A stretch of DNA of 64,000 bases. Origin: Mustelus asterias. Taxonomy: Eukaryota. The notes beneath the pieces were generated by a model, which was given only the letters and a program-made list of their open reading frames with translations, did not search any database and was not told the DNA's origin. The position numbers and the translations under genes are program-made. This document shows, piece by piece, positions 1 to 12,275 of the stretch (the first letter of the stretch is position 1; each line of letters begins with the position of its first letter). The DNA is taken from assembly GCF_964213995.1 (NCBI RefSeq), contig NW_027590116.1, positions 186,001-250,000 of the forward strand. The letters are read 5' to 3'.

Positions 1-589
1 ATTCTCTCGCCTAGCGTTCCGCTAGGACTGGGCCTCAGAAAGAGCAGCACTCTCTCAAAACCTCGCCCTCCTATATTGTGCCACCTCCCCTGCACTGAAC
101 ACCCAGCAGTTCATTTCTCTCTCAGTATATTCAATTCCAAAGTGTAGTTCCCATTATAATATAACCTATGACAGTGCAGCATCCCATTTAGCATGCTTGC
201 TTTCATTTGGGGAAATAGGGCGCACCTCTACCGAAAGCCGATTGCTTATTTTTCCCCACCATTCTCGACTTGATCCTATCAATTTGTTGGCGGATCACAT
301 TCCTCTCCATGCTTATTCCACTGTTTGGCGTGCAATAGCCCTGTGTTCAAGCGACAGCAAGCCGACTCTTCATACGTCATACTGATGCTGTTGTTGGCAT
401 TTTCCCCTCCATTTTTCATTGGCCATGAGGTTACAGATTGTCTTTGTATAATGCTTCTGATTTTATCCCACAGCACCTTCCAGACACCTATGCTTTTCCA
501 AGTACTGTGTGAAATTCAATGTTGCACTGTGGTAATGTGACACCACATGTACATTCAGTGTGAAGAAAAAGCAGCATCTTCAATGCGAC

Positions 590-1172
590 TGCATGGTGGC
601 ACGGTGGTTAGAACTGCTGCCTCACAGTTCCAGGGATCCGTGTTCAATTCCAGTCTCGGATGGTTGTGTGGAATTTGCATCGTCTGCCTATGTCTCCCTC
701 TGGGTGCTCAAGTCTAATGATTTGGAGGTTAGGTGGATTGGACATGATCAATTGCCATTGTTGCCCCCAGGGTATCCCGGGAGCGGCACGGTGGAACAAT
801 GGCTAGCATTGTTGCCTCACAGCGCCAGGAACCTGGGTTCCATTCCAGGCTTCGGTGATTGTCTGTGTGGAGACTGCACATTCTCCTGTGTCGGCGTCGG
901 ATTCCTCTGGATGCTCCACCAGAATGTGGCGACTAAAGAATATTCGCAGTAACTTCATTGCATTGTTAATGTGAGCCGACCTGAAAGACTTAAAAATAAA
1001 CTTTAAACATGAACATTTAAAAAAGTATAGGTTCGATGGGGTCACCAATGGCAAATGTGTGGGATTACTAGTGTAGGACGGTGTAGCGTGTCTGGGTGAA
1101 ATAAAATGTCAGAGAGTAGGTCGACTCATGAAGTGCCCGATGACATCTTCTGAACTGTAGGGATTCTATATA
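590..1172 (+). mobile_element. Old HE1/V-SINE-like SINE split by a second SINE
   Basis: Head and core at 590-775; 3' part with CTGTAGGGATTCTAT tail at ~1027-1172. Confidence 0.65.
781..1008 (+). mobile_element. HE1/V-SINE-like SINE with alternative 3' tail, nested in the previous SINE
   Basis: GCGGCACGGTGG head. The tail GTGGCGACT...CAGTAACTTCATTGCA...AATAAACTTT is also seen at 5390-5698. Confidence 0.7.
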
Positions 1173-1189
1173 TGAAGAGGCAACGCATC

Positions 1190-1311
1190 ATTGAACCGTG
1201 GGAGGAAAGGAGCAACCGGGAAAACCCAAGCAGACTAAAGGACATGAAGGCTTGAACTAACCTTGCTCCCTGGCGCTGTGAGCGAGCAGTGCTAACATTG
1301 TGCCACTGTGC
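1190..1311 (-). mobile_element. SINE 5' fragment
   Basis: Reverse complement of the tRNA-like head (CCCTGGCGCTGTGAG...AGTGCTAAC...TGTGCCACTGTGC). Confidence 0.6.
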
Positions 1312-2451
1312 AACCACTTACTACTATATACTGCATTTATTTTCCAATGTTATTGGCGGCTCTACAAATCAAAACGAAATTCTTCAAATCCATGCTGTTT
1401 CAACAAATCAGAATGTAATACATACTACTCAATCTTCCTTGAGCCTTCACTTTTACAAAGGGAAAAAAGCACTGTCTAAGCAACAATTACTCAAAGAAAT
1501 ATATACATATTCTCCACTTCCAGTCAGGTGCTGTGTAAATATTATCTGTACCAATTTTACTGAGATCACAGCCTTCTTGTAATATGCTGTTCGCAAATGC
1601 ACACAACATTCGAGCTGTACTCACATTTTTCCGCACATTGTGGAGACAAATTGAATGTATCCCAGACAGAATGTGGCCCTTGGTAATTATGCACCTGACT
1701 GTTTGGAGATGAAGGACTGTTTTAATTATTTCCTCCAACACTTTTCCTGTTTAATCAATTCACCCATTACTCTTCTAAACTACAGCGGGTACAAGCCGAG
1801 CCTGTCCAAACATTCCACATGAGGCTATCTGCCCATAGCAGGCACTAGCCTGCTAAACCATTTCTGAAATACCTTGTTTGCACCGTCCCTTAAATCAGTT
1901 ACAAAAACTGTATAGGTCACTCCCGATGGGGTTCCACGTGTACTCTGTACAAATGAATGATAAACTCCACACCATTTGATTAATTCGCGTTGCAATAAAC
2001 TATAACATTCCATTTGCTTTCTCAGTCAGTCGCTTTATTTGCATAATGGGTTTGTGTGGTTCATACAGGAAAACACTCAGATCCCTCGGCATATCAGAGT
2101 TCTGCATTCTCTGATAAGATATTAGTTTTCTTCTTCCTGTCAAAGTGGAAAATTTCACATGCTAATTGAACAGGCCTTTTTCCATTCTCAGAACGCATGT
2201 GTTTTTTTTTGCTGAAATGAAGGAGGTTAAATTCATTTGTTTATTAAGTGACAGCGCCTAAGTTAATTCTTGAAGGATCATTACTTATCCCAGTTGAGCT
2301 TTCCCTCTTCTATTAATCAGGGAGCACCTTTATTGTTTTACACGCAGTGTCAGCAGCTGCATCATCTCCAGCACTAAGAGACATCAATCATTACATCGAA
2401 AGGGAAAAGATAGATCCGAATCTAAGAACAATAGTTTTTAATAGTACAGCA

Positions 2452-2632
2452 ATGGAGCAGAATCTGAGAACACTTGAGCGGACTGGTACAACAGTGAACA
2501 GGAGTTTCTCCTTTCTGCTTCACTATCTTTCTGAAAGATATGACCGTTTGTCATTAGCCAATCGGATCAGTGTTATACTTGATATGATTGCGACGCTGTA
2601 CTATCCAATCCTCGCTGCTTTTGGTCTAACTG
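2452..2632 (+). pseudogene. GPR139-like GPCR gene 1, coding exon 1 (N-terminus and start of TM1)
   Basis: ATG at 2452 (MEQNLRT...ATLYYPILAAFGLT) ends at a phase-1 donor ACT G|GTAAGT (GT 2633-2634). The YYPILAAxG motif resembles TM1 of GPR139 (YYSLLLCLGLPAN). Confidence 0.85.
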
Positions 2633-3790
2633 GTAAGTCTGTCCATCAGAAATTCATTTTGTCAGCTGCATGACACTCTCTTACTGATCCTGTTAAACGT
2701 TTGGAATCTGAACCGATTCTGTTCAGTTCCCTTTGCAACTTCTAATTCTGGCAGGGAACCAAACTATTTTCAGCCACCGTGAATTGTTTGAACTTGAGAT
2801 TTCCAAATCCTTATCTTATCCGTGTCCCATGCTGCCTCTTAACAACTCTGTGCAAAGCCCATCAGCATTCTGTAAAAGCCAATCAGCTGCACAAACCCTC
2901 ATTTGTACCATTGCGAGCTGAAAAACTGGCCATGTTAATGTTCTCCTCTTCACTTTAACAACATCCAATGTTCATATCTCACAGTCGTTATAAAACGTGG
3001 CTACTTGCATTCTCAAGCACAACAAATCTCGTTCACATCCCATTGTTATGCCCACGGATTGGCATCAGCTCCCGATCCGGCATCAACCCGATCTTTGATG
3101 GCCCCACATTTCCCTTTGGATGCTCAGTGTGCTCGACCGTAAACAATAATCCAGCTTGAAATCCAATTTGTGTCTTCTCACTCGGTGTTCCATCCAAAAT
3201 CAGCACAGAATATTGCATTGCATTATTAGTGTCTCACTGTCCCGGCCTCAAACTTTAATCTGATTTTCATATATCAAGGTAACTCTATCCCTGTGCTCCA
3301 GATTAATTTTACCACTTATGTTGTCTGCCAATGTTGCTCCCTTAAAAGTGCATCACCCGCACTTCCCCACACTGTCCTTCATCTGCATTGTTCATTTACT
3401 ATCCAACCAATTTGTCGATGTCCTTTTGAATTTCAAAACCGTCCTTCTCACAACTTGCAATCCCTCCTAGTTTTGTCATTTGCAAACTTTTGAACTGTTC
3501 CCACACAGCAATATTTAGATTATTTATATCATGGAGTAAGGTCAAATGTTGTCTCCTCGGTGAACTCCTATGCAAACTTTCCTGCGGCCCGAGAAATGTC
3601 CAGCAAGCATTGCTCTATTTTGCCGATCACTCGGCTAATTATGCAACCACGTTGCTACTGTTCTTTTTATTCTATGTACTAAAACTTTTCTCACCCGTCT
3701 ACTGTATCACATTGTACCGAATGCTTTCCAAATGCCCAAGTGCACCACAGCAACAACATTGACCGTATGGACCATTTCTGTTGCCTCTTA

Positions 3791-4126
3791 CATAGAAACT
3801 CTACAGTACAGAAAGAGGCCATTCGGCCCATCGAGTCTGCACCGAACTCAAACCCACCCAGGCCCTACCCCCACATCCCTACATATTTACCCACTAATTC
3901 CTCTAACCTACGCATCCCAGGACACTAAGGGCAATTTTTAGCATGGCCAATCAACCTAACCCGCACATCTTTGAACTGTTGGAGGAAATCGGAGCACCCG
4001 GAGGAAACCCACGCACACACGAGGAGAATGTGCAAACTCCACACAGACAGTGATCCATGACGAGAATCGAACCCAGGTCCCTGGAGCTGTGAAGCAGCGG
4101 TGTTAACCACTGTGCTACCGTGCCGC
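3791..4126 (-). mobile_element. Full-length HE1/V-SINE-like SINE
   Basis: A/B-box head, core TGTGGAGTTTGCACATTCTCC, CR1-type tail. Confidence 0.88.
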
Positions 4127-4859
4127 TATGTGACGGCTCTCTGCAGAGAACTCCAGCAACTTAGTTAACACGGTTTCGACTTTAAATATTCATGCTGCTC
4201 TTGTTAATCAACATTCAATTCGTCATTTAACTAGGAATTGCACCAGGAATAATTGTTTCTGGAAGTTTTTGCACCACTGAAGTTAAACTCACTGGTCTGT
4301 ATTTCCTGGTCTCATCGATAAACCTGCTTTGCACAAGCGCATAAGATCAGTAATTCCGCAGTCCTCTGGCACCGCCCTGAGTCCTGGGAAAAGTTTAGTG
4401 TTATGTTCAGCAGCTCTGAAATTTCCACGTTCACATTTTTCTTCCGTGTACTACTGGAGTCAGGAACCTACATATGTTCTAATCTGGTAGCTCCACAATT
4501 CATTGCATTTTCATAATTTAACCCTCCCTTAGGTAAGTAACAGTAATTGTTTTCTACCCTATTTGTTTGCAAATATTTGACGTCAGGTATTCTCCGAATG
4601 AATTAAACAGGATAGTGTTTCTTCTTCTGTATCATTCCCCATCAAAAAAGATTTGTCACTTGAGGTTCATTAGTGCGTTGTTGTGGAAGCAAAGATCCAA
4701 TAAATCGAGTGAAACGCACGGCGAGCAGATTCCATGCTGGATTTCACACGAGGCTGCTTGAACTGTGTCATTGTTTGGACTGGTCTTAACGCGATCACAA
4801 ACAGCCATTCCATGTGATTTGAGTCACTTTTTCGAAAGTTGGTCTGTTCAGTTGTAACC

Positions 4860-6870
4860 ACTGTTCTCAAATCCATGGCCCGGAAGACCGCAGGTCCAAC
4901 ATTCCCACTAAGCCTGGATCATCTCGGGTTAAGGAGAGCGCAGAAGGGCAGACAGGAGGTGCAGCAGACCGAGAGCTGCAGCAGATATGTTGCAAGATAA
5001 GGAGATATCAGTTCGGTGAGGCTGCAACACGAGATGAATTGACTGGCAAACAGCACATGTAGTGAGCGATAGACAGAGCCAAACAATACCACAACCAATA
5101 GCGCAGATCTAAATGTTGCAGTCCTGGAGATCCAGTCCTGAATGGCGCTGGTCAAATCAATAACTTCGTGGAGGATGAGTCACCACCAGTATCAGCACAT
5201 CAGTGCAAGATGAAAGGCTGCAGTGTGTTTAGGAAACTTCAACCAAAAGTGTGGTAAAACGTATCCGACTTCTCTTGAGGTCCCCAGTTTCACATATAAT
5301 TTTCTTCAACCAATTAGATTCACTCCTTCTAAGGAGGAGAAACGGCTGTCGCCACTGTAAACTCCGAAGACAGTGACAGGCAGTAACCTGCAGCACGATG
5401 GCTCAGTGGTTAGCTTTGCTGCCTCACAGCACCAGGGACATTGGGCCGATTCCGGCCTCGGGTCTCTGTCTGTGTGGAGTTTGCAGGCTCTCATTGCATC
5501 TGCATGGGTTTCCTCCAGATGCTCCGGTTTCCTCACACAGTCCGAAAAACCTGATGGTTCGGTATTTTTGGCCATGCTAAATTCTCCCTCAGTGTACCCA
5601 AGAGGTGCCCGAGTGTGGCGACGAGGTGGATTTTCACAGTATCTTCAATGCACTGTTCATGCAAGCCGACTTGTGACATTAATAAGTGTAAACTAAACTC
5701 GCATTCCATCAACATTCCATGATGCAGAACATATCACGGCCCGAGCAAATATGGCAGCCGGCATTTAGCTGGAAATCTGCCAACATACCCAGCTGCTAAT
5801 GGTGAGAAAGGGAAGGACATATCAACCCCAGTCAATTAACACCCCTTCAGTCTAGTCCGGATTATGATAAATGTAGCAGCAGGTGCCAAGATTATTGCTA
5901 CACAGCGGCAGTTATTCAGCATTTCCCTGCTCACAGTCTTATAGTTTGTGTTCTGCAAGGCTAAATGAGCTGTTGAAGTCATTGCCTCCAAAATATGAAC
6001 TAAGCAGGTGAACTCAGGGGTATTACCGTGAATGTGGTTGACCTGATTTGGGATGAATGAACACCAGCAAAAGCAGATCTGAATTCAATGGAATTCAGGA
6101 AGAATGTTGCAGATCCGACATAACGCAATGTCTGATGGTTGGAAATGTTGGACCTCAGTCTTGTCAGTCCAGGTACATTATTGCAGAAGGGCCTCAGAAT
6201 TACCAACCTAACCCCAGCCAAGTGTAGCTGCTTCATCATTGACCATCCTCTCATCATGAAATCAGAATTGGGGATGTTGCCTGAAGATTTCACCATATTT
6301 AGTATCATTTCTGCCTCCATGGACACTGATGAATTCCATTTATGAATGCAGAAAAACCTGAACAATATCCAGGGTGAGGCTGAAAATTTGAAAATGTAAT
6401 TCACACCACAGAACTGCTCGCTAGATGCCTCCTTCAAAAACAGCGAATTCAACCATCACACCCTCGATATTCATTAGAATTTCCATCACTGAATCTCTAT
6501 CTAGATCCGGTGGGGTGGTGGGGCGGGGGGGGGGGGGATGGTTAAAATCGACCAGAAACTGAGATGGATTAGCCACATTATTACTGTGGAGAAACGAGCC
6601 AATCAGAGGTCACGTGTCCTGCCGATGATAATTCACCTGGTCAATCTCCAAAACCTGTCCAGCATCTCCAAGGAACAATTCCGGACAATACGGTGTTAAC
6701 CATCCGTTTGATGGATGTATGCATCTTCACCAACACTCAGGAAGCTTGGCACCATCAGGAAAGATTCAATCCAGTTGAGTGATAGGCAACACATTCAACA
6801 CTGACTCTCTCCACCATGTCATACATTGTCAGCAGGATGCGCTGCTTTCCATTTAGAAAACACAGTGAAC
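4860..6870 (+). mobile_element. Ancient CR1/L2-clade LINE relic in gene 1 intron, interrupted by a SINE
   Basis: Degenerate RT block AGCTGCTTCATCATTGACC...GGGGATGTTGCCTGAAGAT. The same family is seen at ~24300-24740 and ~63260-63430. Confidence 0.55.
5390..5698 (+). mobile_element. HE1/V-SINE-like SINE, alternative-tail subfamily
   Basis: Head and core plus GTGTGGCGAC...GGATTTTCACAGT...ACTTGTGACATTAATAA tail. Confidence 0.8.
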
Positions 6871-6899
6871 ATCAACGACTCGTACTGTCCAATTCTCAC

Positions 6900-7530
6900 A
6901 CCCTCACTAACTCATCAAACAACTTCTAGTCATACTCTGTCACTCAGCTGCCACAAACACACTCATTCCCTCGCCCCCGCCCCCAGTCACAATCACAGAC
7001 CCAATACAGTATAAACTTACAATGTCCAACCCCTCCCACCAAATACATACACCCGCGCACACACTCACTCTCTCTCTCACCCACACGCAATCACTCACTC
7101 TCTGACTCAGACAGATGCACACGAACAATCCAGACACTCACGCTCTCCCAATTACAACCACACTCAAACTTTCTCTGCAACTCACTCATTTCCCAATTCC
7201 AACAAAAGAACAAACCGAATTTCTCATTCCCACACACACAGATACACGAGCCGCCTCGCTCACACTCAGACAGAGACACACAAACAATGGCAAAACACAG
7301 TCTATTTCCCTCTCACACTCACACAAACACGCATACACTCCCAATTCCACATGCAAGCGAACTTTCACAAACACACTTAAACATTCTCTTGTCTGCTTCC
7401 CACGCGCACAGACACAAACATTTTATCTCTTGCACACCTTTCTCTCACACACACAATGATGCTCACTTTCACATTCCCACAATCGCTCTCCCACATTCGC
7501 CTCATGCTCTGCCCCGTCTCTCTGATACAA
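6900..7530. repeat. CA/CT-rich degenerate microsatellite region
   Basis: Low-complexity sequence next to the assembly gap. Confidence 0.8.
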
Positions 7531-7817
7531 NNNNNNNNNNNNNNNNNNNNNNNNNNNNNNNNNNNNNNNNNNNNNNNNNNNNNNNNNNNNNNNNNNNNNN
7601 NNNNNNNNNNNNNNNNNNNNNNNNNNNNNNNNNNNNNNNNNNNNNNNNNNNNNNNNNNNNNNNNNNNNNNNNNNNNNNNNNNNNNNNNNNNNNNNNNNNN
7701 NNNNNNNNNNNNNNNNNNNNNNNNNNNNNNNNNNNNNNNNNNNNNNNNNNNNNNNNNNNNNNNNNNNNNNNNNNNNNNNNNNNNNNNNNNNNNNNNNNNN
7801 NNNNNNNNNNNNNNNNN
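7531..7817. other. Assembly gap (287 N) in gene 1 intron
   Basis: N run. Confidence 1.
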
Positions 7818-7954
7818 CTTTTGTTCAGGCCGAATATTAGCAAACAACAGTGAATGGAGGAATAACGCTGAACATCTCAATAAAGTTTTAATCAAAGTGT
7901 TTACTTTGTTCAATGCCCGTTGTCTGTCTCACTGTTTATTTCACTCTCTTGCAG

Positions 7955-8226
7955 CTAACCTACTTACTGGGTTGATACTAACCCGTGGAAGATGTGGTCT
8001 TTCCACATGGGTCACTTGCTACCTGGTGGCCATGGCAACAGCAGATCTATTTGTCATTATCTTCGACGTGATTTTGAAACAGATTCCACGTGTTTATCTT
8101 TTAAATTTCTTTAATTTGCTGCGCTCTCTCCAAGTGTGCAATATCCACACTGCATTTCTTCAAACAGCCACGGACTGTTCTGTCTGGTTCACCGTGACTT
8201 TCACCTTTGATAGATTTCTGGCCATA
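7955..8226 (+). pseudogene. GPR139-like GPCR gene 1, exon 2 5' part (TM1-TM3)
   Basis: Polypyrimidine tract and TTGCAG acceptor (AG 7953-7954). Reads (A)NLLTGLILTRGRCGLSTWVTCYLVAMATADL...DCSVWFTVTFTFDRFLAI, then is cut by the CR1 3' tail. Confidence 0.9.
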
Positions 8227-8325
8227 TAAGAACATAAGAACATAAGAAATAGGAGCAGGAGTAGGCCATCTAGCCCCTCGAGTCTGCCCCGCCATTATAT
8301 AAGATCATGGCTGATCTGACGTGGA

Positions 8326-11300
8326 TCAGTACCACTTACCCGCCTGATCCCCATAACCCTTAATTCCCTTACCGATCAGGAATCCATCCATCCGCGCTTT
8401 AAACATATTCAGCGAGGTAGCCTCCACCACCTCAGTGGGCAGAGAATTCCAGAGATTCACCACCCTCTGGGAGAAGAAGTTCCTCCTCAACTCTGTCTTA
8501 AACTGACCCCCCTTCATTTTGAGGCTGTGTCCTCTAGTTTTAACTTCCTTACTAAGTGGAAAGAATCTCTCCGCCTCCACCCTATCCTGCCCCCGCATTA
8601 TCTTATAAGTCTCCATAAGATCCCCCCTCATCCTTCTAAACTCCAACGAGTACAAACCCAATCTCCTCAGCCTCTCCTCATAATCCAAACCCCTCATCTC
8701 CGGTATCAACCTGGTGAACCTTCTCTGCACTCCCTCCAATGCCAATATATCCTTCCTCATATAAGGGGACCAATACTGCACACAGTATTCCAGCTGCGGC
8801 CTCACCAATGCCCTGTACAGGTGCATCAAGACATCCCTGCTTTTATATTCTATCCCCCTCGCAATATAGGCCAACATCCCATTTGCCTTCTTGATCACCT
8901 GTTGTACCTGCAGACTGGGCTTTTGCGTCTCATGCACAAGGACCCCCAGGTCCCTTTGCACGGTAGCATGTTTTAATTTGTTTCCATTGAGATAGTAATC
9001 CCATTTGTTATTATTTCCTCCAAAGTGTATAACCTCGCATTTCTCAACGTTATACTCCATTTGCCATATCCTCGCCCACTCACTCAGCCTGTCCAAATCT
9101 CTCTGCAGATCTTCTCCGTCCTCCACACGATTCACTTTTCCACTTATCTTTGTGTCGTCTGCAAACTTCGTTAACCTACACTCCGTCCCCTCCTCCAGAT
9201 CATCTATATAAATGGTAAACAGTTGCGGCCCGAGTACCGATCCCTGCGGCACGCCACTAGTTACCTTCCTCCAACCGGAAAAACACCCATTTATTCCGAC
9301 TCTTTCCTTCCTGTCGGATAGCCAGTCCCCAATCCACTTTAACACACTACCCCCAACTCCGTGTGCCCTAATCTTCTTCAGCAGCCTTTTATGGGGCACC
9401 TTATCAAACGCCTTTTGGAAATCCAAAAACACCGCATCCACCGGTTCTCCTCCATCAACCGCCCTAGTCACATCTTCATAAAAATCCAACATGTTCGTCA
9501 AGCACGACTTTCCCCTCATGAATCCATGCTGCGTCTGATTGATCGAACCATTTCTATCCAGATGCCCTGCTATCTCCTCTTTAATAATGGATTCCAGCAT
9601 TTTCCCTCCTACAGACGTTAAGCTGACCGGCCTATAGTTACCCGCCTTTTGTCTCCTTCCTTTTTTAAACAGCGGCGTAACATTAGCCGTTTTCCAATCA
9701 ACCGGCAGTACCCCAGAATGCAACGAGTTTTGATAAATAATCACTAACGCATCCACTATTACCTCTGACATTTCTTTCAATACCCTGGGATGCATTCCAT
9801 TTGGACCCGGGGACTTGTCCACCTTCAGTCCCATTAGTCTACCCAGCACTGCTCTCTGGTAACATTAATTGTATTAAGTATTTCTCCTGCTGCCAACCCT
9901 CTATCGTTAATATTTGGCAAACTATTTGTGTCCTCCACCGTGAAGACCGACACAAAAAACTTATTTAAAGACTCAGCCATATCCTCATTTCCCACTATTA
10001 ACTCCCCCCTCTCGTCCTCCAAGGGTCCAACATTCACTCTAGCCACTCTGTTCCTTTTTATATATTTAGAAAAACTTTTACTATCATTTTTTTATATTAA
10101 TTGCTAGCCTAGCTTCATAGTCTATCCTTCCTTTCTTTATCGCTTTCTTAGTATCTCTTTGTTGTTTCTTAAATTTTTCCCAATCACTTGTTTCTCCACT
10201 ATTTTTGGCCACTCTGTACGCAGCTGTTTTTATTTTAATACTCTCCTTTATTTCCTTCGTTATCCACGGCTGGTTCTCCCTTTTCTTACAATCCTTGTTT
10301 TTTGCTGGAATATATTTTTGCTGAGAACTGAAAAGGATCTCCTTAAAAATCCTCCACTGTTCCTCAGCTATCCTACCTGCCAGCCTGCTCTCCCAGTCTA
10401 CCTTAGCCAATTCATCCCTCATCCTATCATAATTCCCTCTGTTCAAACAGAGGACACTGGTTTGAGACCAAACTTTCTCCTCTTCCATCTGAATCAGAAA
10501 TTCGACCATATTGTGGTCACTAGACCCAAGAGGGTCCTTCACAATAAGATCCTTAATTCTACCTACCTCGTTACACAATACCAGATCCAAAATAGCTCGT
10601 TCCCTCGTTGGTTCCGTAACATGCTGTTCAAGGAAACTATCCCGACAGCATTCTAAGAACTCTTCCTCCATTCCACCCTTACCGACTTGAGTCTGCCAGT
10701 CAATGTGCATGTTGAAGTCCCCCATGATTATTGCCGTTCCGTTTTTACACGCATCCCTTATCTGCTTGTTTACAGCCCTCCCTACCTCAACATTATTATT
10801 TGGGGGCCTATATACCACACCTACTAGTGTCTTTCTCCCTCTACTATTCCTCATCTCTACCCATAATGATTCCACGTTTTGTTCCTCAGAGCCTATGTCA
10901 TCCCTCAGTACTACCCTGATATTATCTCTTATTAATAGCGCGACCCCACCACCTTTTCCTTCCTGTCTATTCTTCCTAAACGCCTGATACCCCTGGATAT
11001 TCATCTCCCAGTCCTGGTCACCTTTCAGCCACGTTTCTGTAATGGCTACTAGATCGTACCCACTTGTGCTGATTTGCACCATCAACTCATTCACCTTGTT
11101 CCGAATGCTTCGTGCATTCAGGCAAAGTGTCCTTATTCCAGCTTTTATCTGGACCCGCTTTGATGAGTCGCGAACACCCTCTCCCTCTACTCCCTTATCT
11201 AAATTACCGCCTTCATTCACTTGCAACCTCTCCTCTACCATTAATTTTGTAATTCCCCTTACCCCTGCATCCTCCACCCCATCAATTAGTTCCTTGATCC

Positions 11301-11331
11301 TAGTCAACTCTTCTAGCTCCCCTCCCCCCAA
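8326..11331 (-). CDS. CR1 ORF2 (endonuclease + reverse transcriptase) with two 1-nt indels
   Basis: EN motifs NARS, TETW, YRPP, GDFN and SDH; RT motifs [27 protein letters not shown] and FADD. Frame breaks at the A-run near 10090 and at ~9850. Confidence 0.9.
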
Positions 11332-11336
11332 CCTAT

Positions 11337-12275
11337 CTAGTTCAAATTCTCCCCAGTAGCCTTAGCCAACCTACCGGCCAGGATATTGGTCCCCGTGTGA
11401 TTCAAGTTACACCCGTTTTTTGTATACAGATCACCCCTGCCCCTAAAGAGGTCCCAATGGTCCAGGAACCTGAATCCCTGCCCCCTGCACCAGTCCCTCA
11501 GCCACACATTCATCCTCCACCTCACTCCATTCCTGCCCTCACCTTCCCGTGGCACAGGCAGTAATCCTGAGATTACTACCTTTGCTTTCCTCTTTCTCAG
11601 CTGTCTCCCTAATTCCCTGTACTCCCTTTTCATGACCCCTTCTCCCTTCCTACCCACATCAGCGGTACCAATATGTACCGCTACCTCAGGCTCCTCTCCC
11701 TCCCACCTCAGGATTTCCGGGACGCGACTAGCGACATCCTGGATCCCGGCCCCAGGGAGGCAGACCATCATGCGAAAATTCCGCCTACCTCCGCAGAAAC
11801 GCCTGTCTGTCCCCTTCACCATCGAGTCCCCGATTAATACCGCCTTCCTCCTCTTTTCCTTAGCCCTCTGAGTTACAGGGGTGGACTCCACTGCGGAGAC
11901 AAGGCCACTGCTGCTTCCCCCAGGCGGGCTGTCCCCCCCAGCAGTACTCAAGCAGGAGTACTTGTTGTGCAGGGGCAAATCCACCGGGGTGCTCTCAACC
12001 ACCCTAGCCTTACCCTTCCTGGCCGTCACCCACTTGGCCTCCTCCCGTGGCCCTGGTGTGACCACCTGATGATAGGTCTTGTCTATCACCTCCTCATTCT
12101 CCCTCATCAGCCTAAGATCCTCGAGCTGTAGTTCCAGCTCCCTAACACGGTCCCTCAGGAACCGCAGCTCGACACATCCCTCACAGATGTGGATGTCCGG
12201 GAGGCAAGATGCCTCCAGGACCTCCCACATCCTACACTGGGAACAACACACTGGTTTCACACTCATACTGGACAC
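11337..12275 (-). CDS. CR1 ORF1 protein (zinc-finger/leucine zipper + SGNH esterase-like domain), 312 aa
   Basis: CCSQC...CEGC zinc finger, coiled coil LRDRVRELELQLEDL, esterase blocks IGDS and VHIGT, VVISGLLP. The ORF is open. Confidence 0.88.
   Translation of the reverse strand: MSSMSVKPVCCSQCRMWEVLEASCLPDIHICEGCVELRFLRDRVRELELQLEDLRLMRENEEVIDKTYHQVVTPGPREEAKWVTARKGKARVVESTPVDLPLHNKYSCLSTAGGDSPPGGSSSGLVSAVESTPVTQRAKEKRRKAVLIGDSMVKGTDRRFCGGRRNFRMMVCLPGAGIQDVASRVPEILRWEGEEPEVAVHIGTADVGRKGEGVMKREYRELGRQLRKRKAKVVISGLLPVPREGEGRNGVRWRMNVWLRDWCRGQGFRFLDHWDLFRGRGDLYTKNGCNLNHTGTNILAGRLAKATGENLN

Noticed and set aside
190-480. Possible L1/Tx1 ORF2 relics (also TLSHCLWEC at ~55800)
   Set aside because: Only faint motif resemblance, too weak to annotate without a profile search.
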